From Octopus sinensis (lineage: Eukaryota): a DNA stretch of 64,000 bases. How positions within the stretch are numbered: the stretch's first letter is position 1; the number at the start of each line of letters is the position of its first letter. Below, in pieces: positions 1-14,015 of the stretch. The DNA is taken from assembly GCF_006345805.1 (NCBI RefSeq), contig NC_042999.1:73098001-73162000 (forward strand). Reading direction: 5' to 3'. Below the pieces are notes generated by a model. The model did no database searches and was not told the origin of the DNA. It was given only the letters and a program-made list of their open reading frames with translations. The translations under genes and the position numbers were made by a program.

Positions 1-1895
1 ATTGCTATGCGCCACCAACAAAGTCTTATTACTCATAGAGTATCACTTACTCCTCATTCTATAACATCGTAAATCAGTCTTGTCTAAAATCTAATCAAGA
101 GTCATTTCATATACAAACGTATATTATGTATCAATGAGATATCCAACGATTCGATATCATTGTAAAGATGGATATTTTCTTTTTATTAAGTATCAGTGTG
201 AGGTAGCTGTGAAAGAGAGTGGGAGTAGGAAAGTATGGTTATAAGTGGTGGGAGTTAGCGAGAGGTGGGGAGAAGTGGTGAGAGGTGGTGTTATGTATGT
301 GGTAGGAGGTGACGAACAATGCATGAAGGGGAGTTATCGACAGCAATTGATCGTATACCATTTATGATGTCATTTGCAATGAGATTTGTGGTAAAAAGGA
401 AAATGATATAGTTAGCTGAAGGATTGTCAGTGGGCGTCGACGACGACGATGATGATGATGAGATCCATCATCATCATCATTATAATGTTTTTTTCTTCTT
501 GTTGTTCCTACTGGTGTTGGGTTGGTTTCTTGGTGATAACAATTGTTTTGATATTCTCTTGGTAATGCAGTTAATAACAGCCAGACTCGCCTGAGAATTT
601 TGCTTCGTTGTGGTTCTTACTCCCAGATCAGCCCTGATGAAACAGATTTATAACCAAGGCCCTCCAGGCATGACATTCCCCAGCTTTTTTAAAGCATAAT
701 ATATCTTGGATTAGATTATCCTTGATTCAATACGTTAGTCTCCTACTTTCTGTAAAGATGGGAGGACTTAGTTGCTATTTCTAGTAGACTGAACGATTAT
801 GCAAACGCTCCTTTGAATCCTGAGTGTCGCTTGTAATAATGTCAAGCGCGTTGTTCTTTGTAATTTGAAAAGTGTTTGGATTTTATAATGCACTTATTGG
901 AGTTTTACTGAAGCTGGTATAATAGCGATAAACCTAATACATTCGCATATATCAGGTCTTTGTATTGGACAAATGGCATTTATATCAATGTTCAAAGTGT
1001 GTATTTTTCTCTACTATGTCTCCTATGTGTGTGGATAATTACTGGTACTTTATTTTCTCTGCGTGCATGACTGGTAGTCTTTTACCTATTACTTGTTTCG
1101 GGTGCATGGACTGTGGCCATGCTGAAGCATCGACTTGAAAGTTTTTGGCGAACAAATCGACCTTAGTACTTATTTTAAGTTTCGTACTTATTGTATCGGT
1201 TTGTTATGCCGAATCGCTAAGTTACGGGAACATAAACAACGTAAGTCAAAGGCTGTCTGATTATGGTCAAAGGCTGTCCGGTTATGACCATCCCGGCTTC
1301 ATTTTATAAACTACATAATCCAATGTGTCTTTCAAATACTTAAAATCTTAGGGTGTGCTTTCAGGGAGATTTGGCTGCTATTTCTAGCTAGTCGAGTGAA
1401 ACACAACAATGATTGGATAGACCTATAACGCAGAGATCCCCATCATGACCATCCCTTCGAGAAGTATATAGGCGGTATTATCCTCTGTAGCTTCGTAAAA
1501 CTGTAGAATATAGTTTGATAGAGATTTGGCTGCTAATTTTAGCAGGTCAGGTGATCACAAATAAGCAGTGTTGTTAGCTGTAACGGTCTTGATGGTTGTT
1601 TGTTCCTGACCGAACAGGCCTATGATCAAAAACAACCTAGCCGTGACCACCACACCCTTCAGATTTACTGAGTTAAATTTGACTCAATTACTAACAGGTC
1701 TTGGAACTATGTAGAGGCTCACTCGTTGGTACGGTCTTAGTGTTGATGTTGATTGTGGTGCTGGCACTAGTAGTGATGTTGTTAGAAGTAATGGTGTTGG
1801 TTGTAGTGATGGCATGTCGTGGTGCTGGTGGTGGTTAGGGGCAATGATAGTGATTATGACAAGATTCCAAAGAAAAGGTCCTCATATTTACTTAC

Positions 1896-1989
1896 CTTGA
1901 GCATGACTGTGAAAGCATGTTTATCTCTTGGTAGACTTCCTCTGGCCCCAGGGAATTCCCAGTCCATGTCTAAACCATCGAAACCATAT
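1896..1989 (-). CDS. GH18 chitinase coding exon 4 (catalytic motif)
   Basis: Poly-T+AG acceptor and GTAAGT donor; 94 bp, phase 2 to phase 0. Encodes [31 protein letters not shown] with an intact DxxDxDxE motif. Confidence 0.97.
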
Positions 1990-2379
1990 CTAAAAAAAAG
2001 CGGGGAAAACGGGATAATGAAAGTGAAGGTTGAGAAGAAAGTCTAAATGAAGCACGTACGTTGATTAACAAAAGCTTCATCAAAAGCGATAAACCATCGT
2101 TTTTAGTTCTAGCCCGCTATGTTCCATCTGAAATTACACCGGAATCAATTTAGTTCATCATATCTTTGTATGTGAAACCTAGTCTGTGGCTAGTGATAGA
2201 GGTCTTAGTGAAATGACAGACTTGGCAGAAATTGGAAGTGGGGTAATAATCTCCTCACAATGCGAGGCGGGATTAGAAACTTAAATTTGAAATGAAATAT
2301 GAGATACGAAGTGTTCAAGTATAAATATCTGTCTATAATGTAATTTAAAAAAAAAATTATCTATATTTATCTCTTTTAT

Positions 2380-2765
2380 CTTTTGCTTGTTTCAGTCATA
2401 ACATTGCGGCCATGTTGGAACACCACCTTGAAGGGTTTAGTCGAACAAATCCATCCCCAGTACTTTTTTCCTAAGCCTGCCGAGCAGCTGCTCTACGGGT
2501 ACGTAAACAAACTAACATCGGTTGTTAAGCGGTGGTAGGGGACAAACACAAAAACGCGTACGTGCGCGCGCACACACATACACACACGCACACATGCACA
2601 CACACGCGCGCGCACACACACACATATATATCTTCAGTGTACCAAGGCCACTAACAAGGTTTTGTTCGGGCCTCGGTTATAATGAAAGCCCATGATGCCA
2701 CACAGTGGGACCGAATCTGAAACCATGTGGTTGGGAAGCAAACTTCTTGCTAAACTGCCACGCCT
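2380..2765 (-). mobile_element. SINE family A
   Basis: Reverse-complement match to head and tail. Confidence 0.7.
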
Positions 2766-4222
2766 ATGGCGAATTTCTTACAATTTCTAGTTAGTGGTTA
2801 GTCTCTTCCTCCTTCTACTATGCAATAAAAAAAAACTGAATATTTATCCAAAGACTTGATGAGATCTCAATAAACAGAGTCGTCAGATCGTATTTGCAAC
2901 ATATTTTCGATCCCAAGTGAAGACATAACCCGTCATTGATGTCGTTAATGTCTCTCCAGACATGTATAACAATCACAGATATATATTTCTTTGCGATAGA
3001 ACTTTGTGTTTTGACGAAAGAAACCAATATTCTAACGATTGTGAAGTCAGTGTTAATACATTTAATGCAATAGCAGCGGAAATCTCACTACAGAGAATAA
3101 TGTACTGAAGAAATAATAGACCGGAAAAGACATTAGCCAATGACTAACATTATTTTAATTACTCCGGCATATACGAGAGATAACTCCAGATATATTTCGA
3201 TATAATTTGACTTCCTTAGCAAAGAAAATTTGATTTGCTAAAGTTAGTGATGATAAAACCACTACAGAAATATACAATACTCGAGAAAGAATGAAAAATT
3301 AGCATATTCTTTGTGAATAGATTGCCGATGGAAATAACTCAGCAATACTACCCATACGAAAAACTGATTTTAGTGTTTTTTATATTTAGCATATTTCATG
3401 TAGTAAGTATAGCCTACACTTTTGGGGTTATGACCCATGGCCAGAAAATGCAACTTCAACAAAAAGGATGATTTGCCAGGAGAACCAGCTCTTAACCACA
3501 CAATATGAATTTACGCTTCCTTCTCTCTTAAATTAAGTATAAATGTTTATCTGCTTTAAATTGAACACTTAACTACCACTCCGCCCTGTTACATTGATAA
3601 TTCGTTGGTGATTTAGTATCTGTATAGTCTCCTAATATTGTCTTATATAGGAAATGTCATATTTTGATTCTATTCTTCGACAAATAACTTAACCCGAAAA
3701 TATGAATAAATAAGTTTATGAATGAGTTTTTTTCTAAATAAACATCACTCCACAAAATAAACATCATCTAAACAAGCATCACTCCACAAAATGCACACTC
3801 TAGTTTAACGGCGGTGCATCAGCATGGCCGCAGCTCTGAGCTGAAACTAGAGAGAAAAAAAAAACATTGCAATGAATAGAATCGGGTTTCAAGACCAGTC
3901 AGTGGGTTTGCTGTTCCTTTATGACCTTAAATTGGTGATTAATGAGATATAATTATTTTACATTACTAATATTAAAGGTCTAAGTCAGTCAAGGACAACC
4001 CGTTTTTTTTTGAGAAGCGGGTTGCATGAGACATGGATCAGTATTAGGCGGGCCGCACACAACTAAAAAGTAATTCTTTGCAACGTGTGCAATTCAGAAA
4101 ATCCCGTGAGCCGCAGTTTGCCCATGGCGGATTTAAGTGGTTATTACACACACGCACGCACACACACGCACACTCGTATACATGTATGCTTAAATGGATA
4201 GATGTACATGTGTGTATATGCA

Positions 4223-4310
<88 letters not shown>

Positions 4311-4511
4311 TGTTTACAGAGATAGATAAATATATATATAGAGAGAGAGGGAGAAAGAGAGAGAGAGAGCAACTGTTCAAAAGGAATTTTAACCGCGTCT
4401 GAGGGCCTGTAGCGGATAAGAATGCATACTCTTCCTCCAGAGCAAACTATACTAAAAAGAGAGAAAAAAACGAAGTGAGAGGGTTGCAAGTACTACTGCA
4501 TTAAGATTATC

Positions 4512-4561
<50 letters not shown>

Positions 4562-5249
4562 ACACACAGTACACAAAAGTGATCTCATTGATTAGAATAG
4601 TGTTGATGGCGAAGTGGTAAAAGCGATGCATGATGGTAATGAGAATAGTGATGTTAGTATTGTTACTGTTGATAATTATGGTTTATTACTGAAAAAAAAA
4701 AAACAGGCACGCTTATATATACTCTTTCCCTCTCTCTTCCATTATTTCTTCCTCGCTTTCACATACACAGCAAACAAACACAGTCATGTACAAAACCATT
4801 TGAAAAACCAGCAGGCGGTATAAAATTTACTGGCCGACATTTTGAATGCAGCAGACGATAATAAAGATTTGAAAAGGATGAGAAGACGAGAAAATATTTG
4901 TTTTATTATTTTTTTTAACAAAGCAGTTACAACAATAACAAATGTATGAATAACTGGAGAGATAACGTTTGAAAGTATATGAGGCGTATCGGGGAAATTT
5001 TGCAGACCAGCATGTTAGTGAGGCGTGGAAGTAGAATGGAAACTGTTTCCTTTCAATGACGCGCTGTCAGCCCAAACGAGTTTTTGTAACATCGTATATC
5101 ATTGGAAATATAGCGAAGGCGGCAGAAATACCGAAAGAATGAACATAAACTATTTGATAAACATACTAATAATAAATAATCCAAAAGGAGTACGCGAGCA
5201 AACGTACATATTGCAAGAAAACAAACAGAAGAAATAAAGAAAAATACAA

Positions 5250-5570
5250 ACTAGGCGCATGTATTGCTGTGTGGTTAAGAAGTTCGCTTTGTGGCCATGT
5301 GGTTTCGGGTTTCAATTCCACCGCGCACCACTTTGGGTAAGCGTCTTCTACTATAGCCCCGGACCGACTAGTGCCTTGTGAATGAATTTGGAAGATGAAT
5401 ACTGTTTGGAAGCTCACCTGTATGTGTAGAGAAGCTCACGTGTGTGTGTGTGTGTGTGCGCGTGTGTGTGTGTTTATGTTTGTCCCACCCGCCGCTTAAC
5501 TGACGTTGGTTCATGTTCCGGTAACGTAGCTGTTCAGTAAAAGAGATCGATACAAAAGTTACCAGTGGAG
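5250..5570 (+). mobile_element. SINE family A, diverged
   Basis: ggcgcatgtattgctgtgtggttaag head. Confidence 0.7.
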
Positions 5571-6120
5571 CACTAGGGTCCATGTAATCAACTTGACCCG
5601 TCCCCCGAAGTTGCTGGCCTTGTGCAAAAATTTGAAATTATTATTTATCACAACTCAGGTAGCGAGTGGCAGAACCGTTAGCGACATTTCGTCCGTTTTC
5701 ACGTTCAGAATTCAGATTCTGCCGAGATTGTCTTCGCCATTCATCCTTTCAAGGTCGATAAAATAAGTCCCAGTTGAGCATAAATGTCGATGTAATCGAC
5801 TTACTCATGATCTGAAATTGCTAGCCTTGTGTCTACATTTGAAATCAATATTTATCACAACTATGCTGGTACAATCATAGAGAACCGTTTCTAAGTGAAT
5901 TTAACTTGCGATCGGGTATCCATTCTATTTCCACATAATTTGTGCGGCTAATGCTTATGAATTTCTCTCTCACCTGTAAATTTCTAACCATATAGGCACA
6001 AGCATGGTTGTGTGGTTAACAAGCTCGCTTTTCAGTCATTAGATTTTGGGTTCAATCCTATTGAGCGGTACCTTCGTCAAGTATATTTAACTATAGTCCC
6101 ACGTTGATTAATACCTTGTG

Positions 6121-6500
6121 AAGGCGGTGAGCTGGCAGAATCATTAGTGCGCTGGACGAAATGCTTAGCGGTATTTCGTCTATCGTTACCTTGTGAGTTC
6201 AAATTCCGCCGAGGTCGACTTTGCCTTTCATCCTTTCGGGGTCGATAAATTAAGTACCAGTTACGCACTGGGGTCGATGTAATCGATTCAATACCTATGT
6301 CTGTTCTTGTTTGTCCCCTCTGTGTTTAGCCCCTTGTGGGTAATAAAGAAATAGGTATTTCGCCCGTCGCTACGTTCTGAGTTCAAATTCCGCCGAGGTC
6401 GACTTTGCTGTTCATCCTTTCAGGGTCGATAAATTAAGTACCAGTTGACTACTGGGGTCGATGTAATCGACTTAACTCCTCCTCCAAAACTTCAGGCCTT
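6121..6500 (+). mobile_element. SINE family B (two tandem units)
   Basis: ggcggtgagctggcagaatc...gagttcaaattccgccgaggtcgactttg... occurs twice. Confidence 0.85.
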
Positions 6501-7101
6501 GTGCCCGAGTCTATAGTAGAAGATACTTTCCCAAGATGTCACGCGGTGGGACAGAGCCAGGAACCATGTAGTTGGGAAGGAAACCTCTTACCACCATACA
6601 CAGTCACGCTTGCACCTTTTGTGTGTGTGTCTGTGATGTGTGTGTGCGTGCGCGCGTGTGCATGCATGTATGTATGTATGCGCGTGTGTGTATGTATGTA
6701 TGTATGTATGTATGTATGTATGTATGTATGTATGTATGTATGTATGTATGTGTGTGAGTGTCTTTTTTGTCTCCTCGTTGCCTGATAACAGATATTGGTT
6801 TGTTTACGCCAATGTAGTTGATGCTCAACTTGAGCTTGTGAAGGGCAGTGTTTGCAGGAAAAAAACTAAGACGAGGAAAGAATTTGGTACTGGCCAGAAT
6901 GGTTAGTGCGAAGAAGCACGTCAAGGATAACGCGAGCAGGAGAGGAAATCAGATTATATAGCTGCTAAATGAAATCGAAACTAGATACGCAGACACATCA
7001 CCTCGCAGATAACTTCTAAAAAACTTTAATTTCCGTGGTGACAACTAGGATAAGTGATTAGAGGACAAGTTTGAGGAGAAACAATAACAGATATATCTTA
7101 C

Positions 7102-7264
7102 CTACGGAGATAGTTGATTACATTTTGGCTCCATTGCGCCATAGTATATTGGGATTGAATCATTTCCAGAAAAGGTTTTGAACCAATATTCCATCCACCG
7201 ACCGTTAACAGCACTCGCAGTTGAGGGTTCTGCTTCTTCAAGGCAAGAGTTCTCTGGTAATATT
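7102..7264 (-). CDS. GH18 chitinase coding exon 3
   Basis: acacag acceptor and GTAAG donor; 163 bp, phase 1 to phase 2. Encodes YYQRTLALKKQNPQLRVLLTVGGWNIGSKPFLEMIQSQYTMAQWSQNVINYLR, with the LKxxNPxLxxLLxxGGW motif. Confidence 0.96.
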
Positions 7265-7488
7265 CTGTGTAGAGACAAATACGCATTATATAATAATTAT
7301 ATATGCTCTCTTTTTTGGAACATTGGATCTCGAGGCACGTCACAAAGCTATAAACAATAGAATGTAAATATTGCGTTGAAAAAGCCTTTCGGATATGGTA
7401 ATTTTTGTAGCTTTATATGATGTGCTCCGAGATCCAATGTACCCTAATAGAATTATTTCACATTCTCACAAATATATACATATATATA

Positions 7489-7532
<44 letters not shown>

Positions 7533-7688
7533 TATATAACACAAAATGGGACAAGAACGCGAGACATCCGGACAACCAGATGATACAAAAAGGGGACAAG
7601 AAAACATCCAGATAGACGATACAAAAAAACAAGGTCATTCGAAGCTTTTTATCTTCAGTCAAGAACCGGATCATCCTCGCAATTTCGG

Positions 7689-7734
<46 letters not shown>

Positions 7735-7736
<2 letters not shown>

Positions 7737-8000
7737 TGGCTGTCTGAAAACACCACATCCGATTCACAAACTCACACACACATTAATATTTGTGTATACG
7801 AATGAGGTAAAAGCACTCAATGCACAAGGTTTAGTGCGTATATTTTATTAAAATCCGAAGTTTCTTGAGTCATAACTTTGGATTTTCTGTTTCCAATTGT
7901 TGAAACGATTCATTGCAATTTCTAAGAAGTGTTTGGACAATCGGTAACGTGAAACTCGGAGTTGCGATTCAAGAAACTCCAGCTTTTCAGATACATATGC
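7735..8000. mobile_element. Possible Tc1/mariner-derived MITE
   Basis: TA-ctggctgtctgaaaa start and imperfect ttttcagatac end, about 270 bp. Confidence 0.35.
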
Positions 8001-8164
8001 TGACATCACCGTTTCTAAAAGGAATTATACATTAACTTCGAAGCCCTGTGAACCTTTTCCTTGTAAAAGTTAATATGCATTTTACTTAAAATTTATTGTG
8101 TAAACCCTCAAACCTTCGGTATGATATTAAATTTTTGATATATTTATATATATTACTTGACTTC

Positions 8165-8370
8165 GCGAGGTAACAGAATCGTTAGTACACTGGACAAATT
8201 GCTAACCGGCATTTCTTCTGTCTTCTCGTTAAGAGTCCTAATTCTGTCGAGGTCGACTTTGCCCTTCACTCGTTCAGGGTCGATAAAATAAGTACCAGTG
8301 AGCGCTCGGGTAAATGTAATCTGCTAACCCCGCCTCTTAAAAATCACGGGCCTTGTGCCAGAATTAGAAG
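8165..8370 (+). mobile_element. SINE family B
   Basis: Diverged match to 6121-6290. Confidence 0.65.
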
Positions 8371-8864
8371 AACTTATTCAGGGCGGTGGACTAGCGGAAT
8401 CATTAGTGTGATGGACAAAATACCTTGCAGCTCTTTATTTTCTGTGTTCAAATCCCGCCAGTGTGTGACTTCAGTTTCTACTATGATCACGTTGTTCGAT
8501 TTAAAAAAAATAACGATGCATGTACAAAGTGGTTCATGATGCATACGATTCTTAATATATATTCAAACAAAATTTTATATTTTAAACACCCGCAAACAAG
8601 TTGTTGTTGAACGTGCAATACGTGGGTAGGTGGAGTACAATACGTGGAGTGCAATATGTGGGTAGGTGAGTCAATAAGCAACACGACTTTCTAGTTGTTA
8701 TCCAGTTTGTTCTTGCATGGATGAGTATTGATGGTAATTGCAGAGGAGGTGGGCGAACTGGTCACAGTTAAAATACCGACTTAAATTTTCATTACAGATT
8801 CTATTTTTAGCCAAACTAAGTTTCGACATTCCTTTCTCATCCGTGTGTAGACTTATTTGGTCAT

Positions 8865-9180
8865 GTGTGAAGGCGCGTGACTTAGTGGTATTCGGTTTAC
8901 TATCGTAATGTCGTGAGTTCGATTCCCAGCGGCGCGTTGTGTCCTTGAGCATTTATTTCACTTTGCTCCAGTCCACTCAGCTGGCAAAAAGAGTTGTACC
9001 TGTATTTCAAAAGGACAGCCTTGTCACATTCTGTGTCACGCTGAATCTTCCAGAGAACTACGTTAAAGGTACGCGTGTATATGGAGTGCTCAGCCACTTG
9101 CATGTTAATTTCATGGGCAGGCTATTTCTTTGATCGGACCAACTAGAAGCTGCGTCTTTGCAACTGACAGAGTGCCAATA
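8865..9180 (+). mobile_element. tRNA-derived SINE family C (CORE-like central domain)
   Basis: ggcgcgtgacttagtgg...gagttcgattccc head followed by gttgtgtccttgagca. Confidence 0.7.
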
Positions 9181-10452
9181 TTTGGTTATGTACTCTGCTA
9201 GTTGGCATTGTTCACCCAAAGAAAGTCACACAAGAATAAAAGGAATTTCTGAAGGACTGAGAAATCCGAATGTTATCTCAAGGACGTATTGAACAATCCC
9301 AGCACCAACTTGGAGGTAGTAAAAAACTATTCATTTATAATACTGAGCTCGAACCATCTTGAACTCAAAGAATATCTTTTTTTAAAGTCAGATTTAATCT
9401 TTGAATTTCGATTCTTCGATTCTATTCCCCGCCATACTCTCTTATCTACATTTCTATCTTATCATATATCTCTCTCTCGAGTTCAAATTCCACCAAGGAG
9501 GACTTTGCCTTTCATCATTTCAGGCTTTATTATATAAGTTTCAGTTGAATACTGGGGTCGATGTAATCGACTTGCCCCTCCTCCATAATTCGAGGCTTTG
9601 TGTCTACAGTAGAAAGGATTATTTCTCTCTCTTCCTTAGCGGCATTTGTTTCAACTTTATGTTCTGAATTCAAATTCTGCTAAGGTCGACTTTGTCTTTC
9701 ACCCCTTCAGGGTCGATAAGATAAGTATCAATTGACCACTGGGATCGATGCAAACGACTACTCCCTCTCCAGCAATTTCAGGCTATGCGCTTTTAATAGA
9801 AAGGATTATTTTTTTCTCTCTCTTTCATTCTAGTCTGCTTTACCAAACTTTATTACATTCCTTATTACTTCCTGTGAGATTCCTTGCGTCGGCCGGATTT
9901 GCATCATTCGCCGACGAAATTTACGGTTTTGAGTCATGCCATTCATTAAAATAAGAGGCGGCAGTGATAATGAAAGTAAGAGTGAAAGTGATAGTAGTAG
10001 TGAAAGAGGTGGTGGTGATGGTGGGGATGCTGTTATGACTGTGGTAAAGTTGGCGATGTGCTTGTTGCAGTGGCTGCCGGCGGCCAGTGGCGGCGATGCT
10101 GATTGCGCTAGTAGTATGGATAGTATGGATAGTAGTAGTAGTAGTAGTAGTAGTAGTAACATGTTGTCTGGAGCAGTGGTGGTGGTGGTGGTGAGAGTTG
10201 TTCTACTGAAGTTACTGTTGATGCTGAGACCAGCGGAGAGAATCAAGTTTCTGGACTGTCTTTACCGCCACCACCGTCGTCGTCATCTTCATCACCATCA
10301 TGATCCTGATCGTCATCATTATAATCATCAACATCAACAGCAGCCACAATTGTTGTAGAAGTTGTAAATTACATAGAAAGATATAAAACAGAGCGAGTTT
10401 CTCAAACATCACGCTTGGCTAGAGATGCAGACGGATAGGTAGATAGACATAC

Positions 10453-10525
<73 letters not shown>

Positions 10526-10824
10526 TATGGATAGATAGAGAGAGGGAGAGAGTGAGCAAGATATAATGTGTCTAAGTGAGTAAAGGTATGAGAAGTAGAA
10601 AAGAAGCAAGGGACTAGGCATGACTAAAGGAAGGAAGGTTCAGGAATTCGCCGCAGGTTATCGAAGAAGTGCGGGCGTATTGGAATACAATATATATACA
10701 TATATACATATATTTATATATATATATTATATATATATATAATGCATATATATATATAGTGCATATATATATATGCATAATATATATATATATATGCATA
10801 ATATATATATATATGCATAATATA

Positions 10825-10903
<79 letters not shown>

Positions 10904-11469
10904 TATATATGTATATATATGTATGTATTATGCATACACACACACATATATATTGTATGAAAGTAGTGGTAGCAGTAGATGCTTGTGACTGTTAGAATGA
11001 TGATGATGAGGAGGAGGAGGAATGGGAGAAGGCACTGTCTTTATTCAGTGATGTTCCAAAATTATCTTTCTTTATCTTTATTTATTCGATCTCCTCCAGC
11101 CCCGCCGCCTATATGGTGATTATAAACCATGTATTTGTCATTCACTGGTCAACTTGATACAGATACACTACAGTTAATTTATGAATTATGTGCTTATAGC
11201 CAATTGTCTTTTTTTAAAGTATGATAGGAACAGCTTCAAATGTACTTGTTCTTTTTGTTTTTGTTTTCTTCGAAAAAAGAGAAAACAAAAATAGAATGAG
11301 TAAAAATATCGACAGTCGTAGCTGTGGCTGCGTGTTTAAGAAGCTGGTCTTGCAACCATCTTGCTTAGAGTTTTGTTCCACTGCGCGGCACTTTTGGCAA
11401 GTGTCTTCTAATATAGCCCTGAGCCAATAAATGAGTGAATTTGGTGGACGGAAAGTGTGTGGAGACCCG

Positions 11470-11507
<38 letters not shown>

Positions 11508-11509
11508 CC

Positions 11510-11716
11510 GCGTCTGTACCGTTGGCGATTATTTTTTTTCCTCCGTCTTCCCTTCACTGGACCTTTCCTTTTCCTATGTTTCTGACAAAGAGCTCCGCTC
11601 GAAACGTAAAACCTTCCTTCTTCCCTTCCTTCCTGAGCGTCCAATAATACTATATTTGTTCCACGTCCTCGCGTTGTTGTGTTTTCTCTTGGTGTTTTCA
11701 TGTTTGGATTAACTTT
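11510..11716 (+). mobile_element. PLE-type solo terminal repeat, family 1
   Basis: Homologous to 43190-43380 (+) and 47240-47425 (-). Carries an HHR motif and ends in (CA)n(TA)n. Confidence 0.7.
11578..11612 (+). ncRNA. Minimal HHR motif, family 1, G8A substitution
   Basis: GTTT-CTGACAA-A-GAGC(TCC)GCTC-GAAA-CG-TA|AAAC. Confidence 0.6.
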
Positions 11717-11752
<36 letters not shown>

Positions 11753-12765
11753 GTATAGTTGATATTTACAGAAAAACAAAAGACGAAGACAAGTGTATGA
11801 ACAACAAGCAGGTGTATTAGTTTGACGCTCCGGAAAGTGAGAAAGTCTTTTACGTTTCGACCCTACGCACTTCAACCGAAAGGAATAAGAGAAAATAAAC
11901 AGAGACAAAAAGAAACTTGTGGATTTAGCGATTAGGCATGGCGATGGGTTGGGAAAAAACTTTTGACAGGAAGGGTAGAAAGAAGGGGAGATAATAAAGT
12001 ATTGGTGATCCCAAGACAAAGGTGCGCGTGCGTATGTTTATGTGAGAATGTGTGTGTGTGGATAGGGGCTAGTGACTTTGACGTGTAGTGTGTGCGAGTG
12101 TAAGTGTGAGCATCTGTAATATGTGAGTGTGTGGATATGGTGTGTAGGTGTGTGGATGATGGTGTGGGGATGTGCAGATGATGGTGTGTGGTGTGGGTGC
12201 TGGGAAGTGGTCAGTGTTAGTGTGTGTGGAGTGGTGTGGTGCGGTGATGTGGCGGTGTGACGGTGTGGGTATGTGGAGTTGGGGTGGGTGTTGAGAGAAG
12301 ACGTGGGCGTGGTATGGAGGAGTGGGGTATGTTGGAGTGAGATATGTGGGTATGGGGTGTGGATAGAGGGGGTATCAATGAAGAGAGAAGGTGGGTAGTA
12401 GTGAAGAAAGGAAATAGGTGTCAGAGCAAGGGAGGAAAGAAAAGGCGGGTCGGAGTGAAGAGAGGAAGTAGGTGTCAGATGAAGAGAGGAGGAGAGTTGA
12501 GCCCATGTGGCGCAAAGGAGTGAAGAGAGATTAATTCCTGTTCACGGCGAAAACGGGAGTCCGGATGGCCCCTGAGCAAAGACAATCCGAACACAGGCAG
12601 GCGTTGTAGTGAATGAACGGCAGAGCGGAAATGCCGCGAGACCAGGGTGTCATTGCCGAGTCTGATGTCTCGGAGGTACTCCGCGAACCAGTTAGCCAAG
12701 CGGCGTCTCGTTTGACCGATGTACAGAGAAGGGCAGAAAGAGCAGGAGATGCAATAAATGACGTT

Positions 12766-12768
<3 letters not shown>
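11753..12768 (-). mobile_element. Penelope-like element A, 5'-truncated (GIY-YIG end, 3' UTR, terminal repeat)
   Basis: GIY-YIG reading frame followed by a CA/CCA-rich 3' region and a terminal repeat also found solo at about 20481, 25135 and 29413. Both ends abut (TA)n. Confidence 0.9.
12475..12768 (-). pseudogene. PLE GIY-YIG endonuclease C-terminal fragment
   Basis: ANVIYCISCSFCPSLYIGQTRRRLANWFAEYLRDIR...SRHF...REQELI...PHGLN: the VIY..C..C...YIGQT, R..E, H and GLN pattern of PLE endonucleases. Confidence 0.9.
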
Positions 12769-12834
<66 letters not shown>

Positions 12835-13368
12835 AGTATACGACGTATATATAAAAATGTGTGTATGTGTTTGAGTCCGTCTACTACACCGCTTGATAAC
12901 GGGTGTCGGGTTGCATACGTCTTTGTAAAGTAGCGGTTCAGCTAAAGATATAATTAGTATCAGACTTTAAAAAAGGAGTATTGCGGTCGATTTGTTCGCT
13001 TAGAAACCATCCAAGAGGAAGTCCCAGCATGGCCACAGTCTAATGATTGAAACAAGTAAGAGATAAAGAAATAAATAATCCTTTCTACTATATGTACAAG
13101 ACCTGAAATTTTGAGGGAGGGTGCGCATTGATTACACCGACCCCAGTGCTCAGCTTATTTCATTGATCCCGAAAGAGAGACAGAGTTAACCTCGGCGAAA
13201 TTTGAAAGCAGAATGTATCAAAAGTTCCCGGGTTAGTAATATTTAATAAAAACATTATTTACCTAAGTTTCAACATACATATATATATTCCCATAAATAT
13301 ACACACATATATATATACATATATATACGAATATATATATACATATAAATATACATATATATATATAT

Positions 13369-13771
13369 GGAATGGCTGTGTGGTAAGCAGTTTGCTTACG
13401 AACCACATGGTTCCGGGTTCAGTCCCACTGCGTGGCACCTTGGGCGAGTGTCTTCTACTATAGCCTCGGGCCGACCAAAGCCTTGTGAGTGGATTTGGTA
13501 GACGGAAACTGAAAGAAGCCTGTCGTATATATGTATCTATGTATGTATGTGTGTGTGTTTGTGTGTCTGTGTTTGTTCCCTTAGCATTGCTTGACAACCG
13601 ATGCTGGTGTGTTTATGTCCCCCGTTACTTAGCGGTTCGGCAAAAGAGACCGATAGAATAAGTACTGGGCTTACAAAGAATAAGTCCCGGGGTCGAGTTG
13701 CTCGATTAAAGGCGGTGCTCCAGCATGGCCGCAGTCAAATGACTGAAACAAGTAAAAGAGTAAAAGAGTAA
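13369..13771 (+). mobile_element. tRNA-derived SINE family A (octopus OR/OK-type), well preserved
   Basis: ggctgtgtggtaag...ggttccgggttcagtcc tRNA-like head, internal microsatellite, gtaaaaga tail. Confidence 0.85.
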
Positions 13772-13937
13772 TATATATATATATACGTATATATACACAC
13801 ATATATATACATACATGTATACACACACAAATATAGACACATATATACATACATACATACATACATACATACATACATACATACATACATACATACATAC
13901 ATACATACATACATACATACATACATACATACATACC

Positions 13938-14015
13938 GCAGCAATACACCGGTTCCAGCATTCATGCCACTTTGGGAATCCAATCTTGAAGTCGTTTTTC
14001 GTAAGTGACAAAATA
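13938..14015 (-). mobile_element. Mariner transposase C-terminal fragment
   Basis: SLTKNDFKIGFPKWHECWNRCIAA; same family as 41455-41610. Confidence 0.6.

Noticed and set aside
541-620. Minus-strand RVWLLLTA resembling the next GH18 exon (RLLLTAAV)
   Set aside because: In-frame stop just upstream, no phase-0 acceptor in that frame, and it overlaps SINE-like sequence.
7630-7680. Minus-strand CTGAAGA...CGAA in a (TA)n-flanked repeat
   Set aside because: Probably a decayed terminal repeat, but stems II and III cannot be formed.
9830-10412. Overlapping 66-140 aa ORFs with Ser, His and Val runs
   Set aside because: Low-complexity trinucleotide-rich DNA open on both strands, with no domain or splice evidence.
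13369-13440. tRNA-like A and B boxes (also at about 8870 and 60915)
   Set aside because: These are SINE heads continuing into SINE bodies, not complete cloverleaf tRNA genes.
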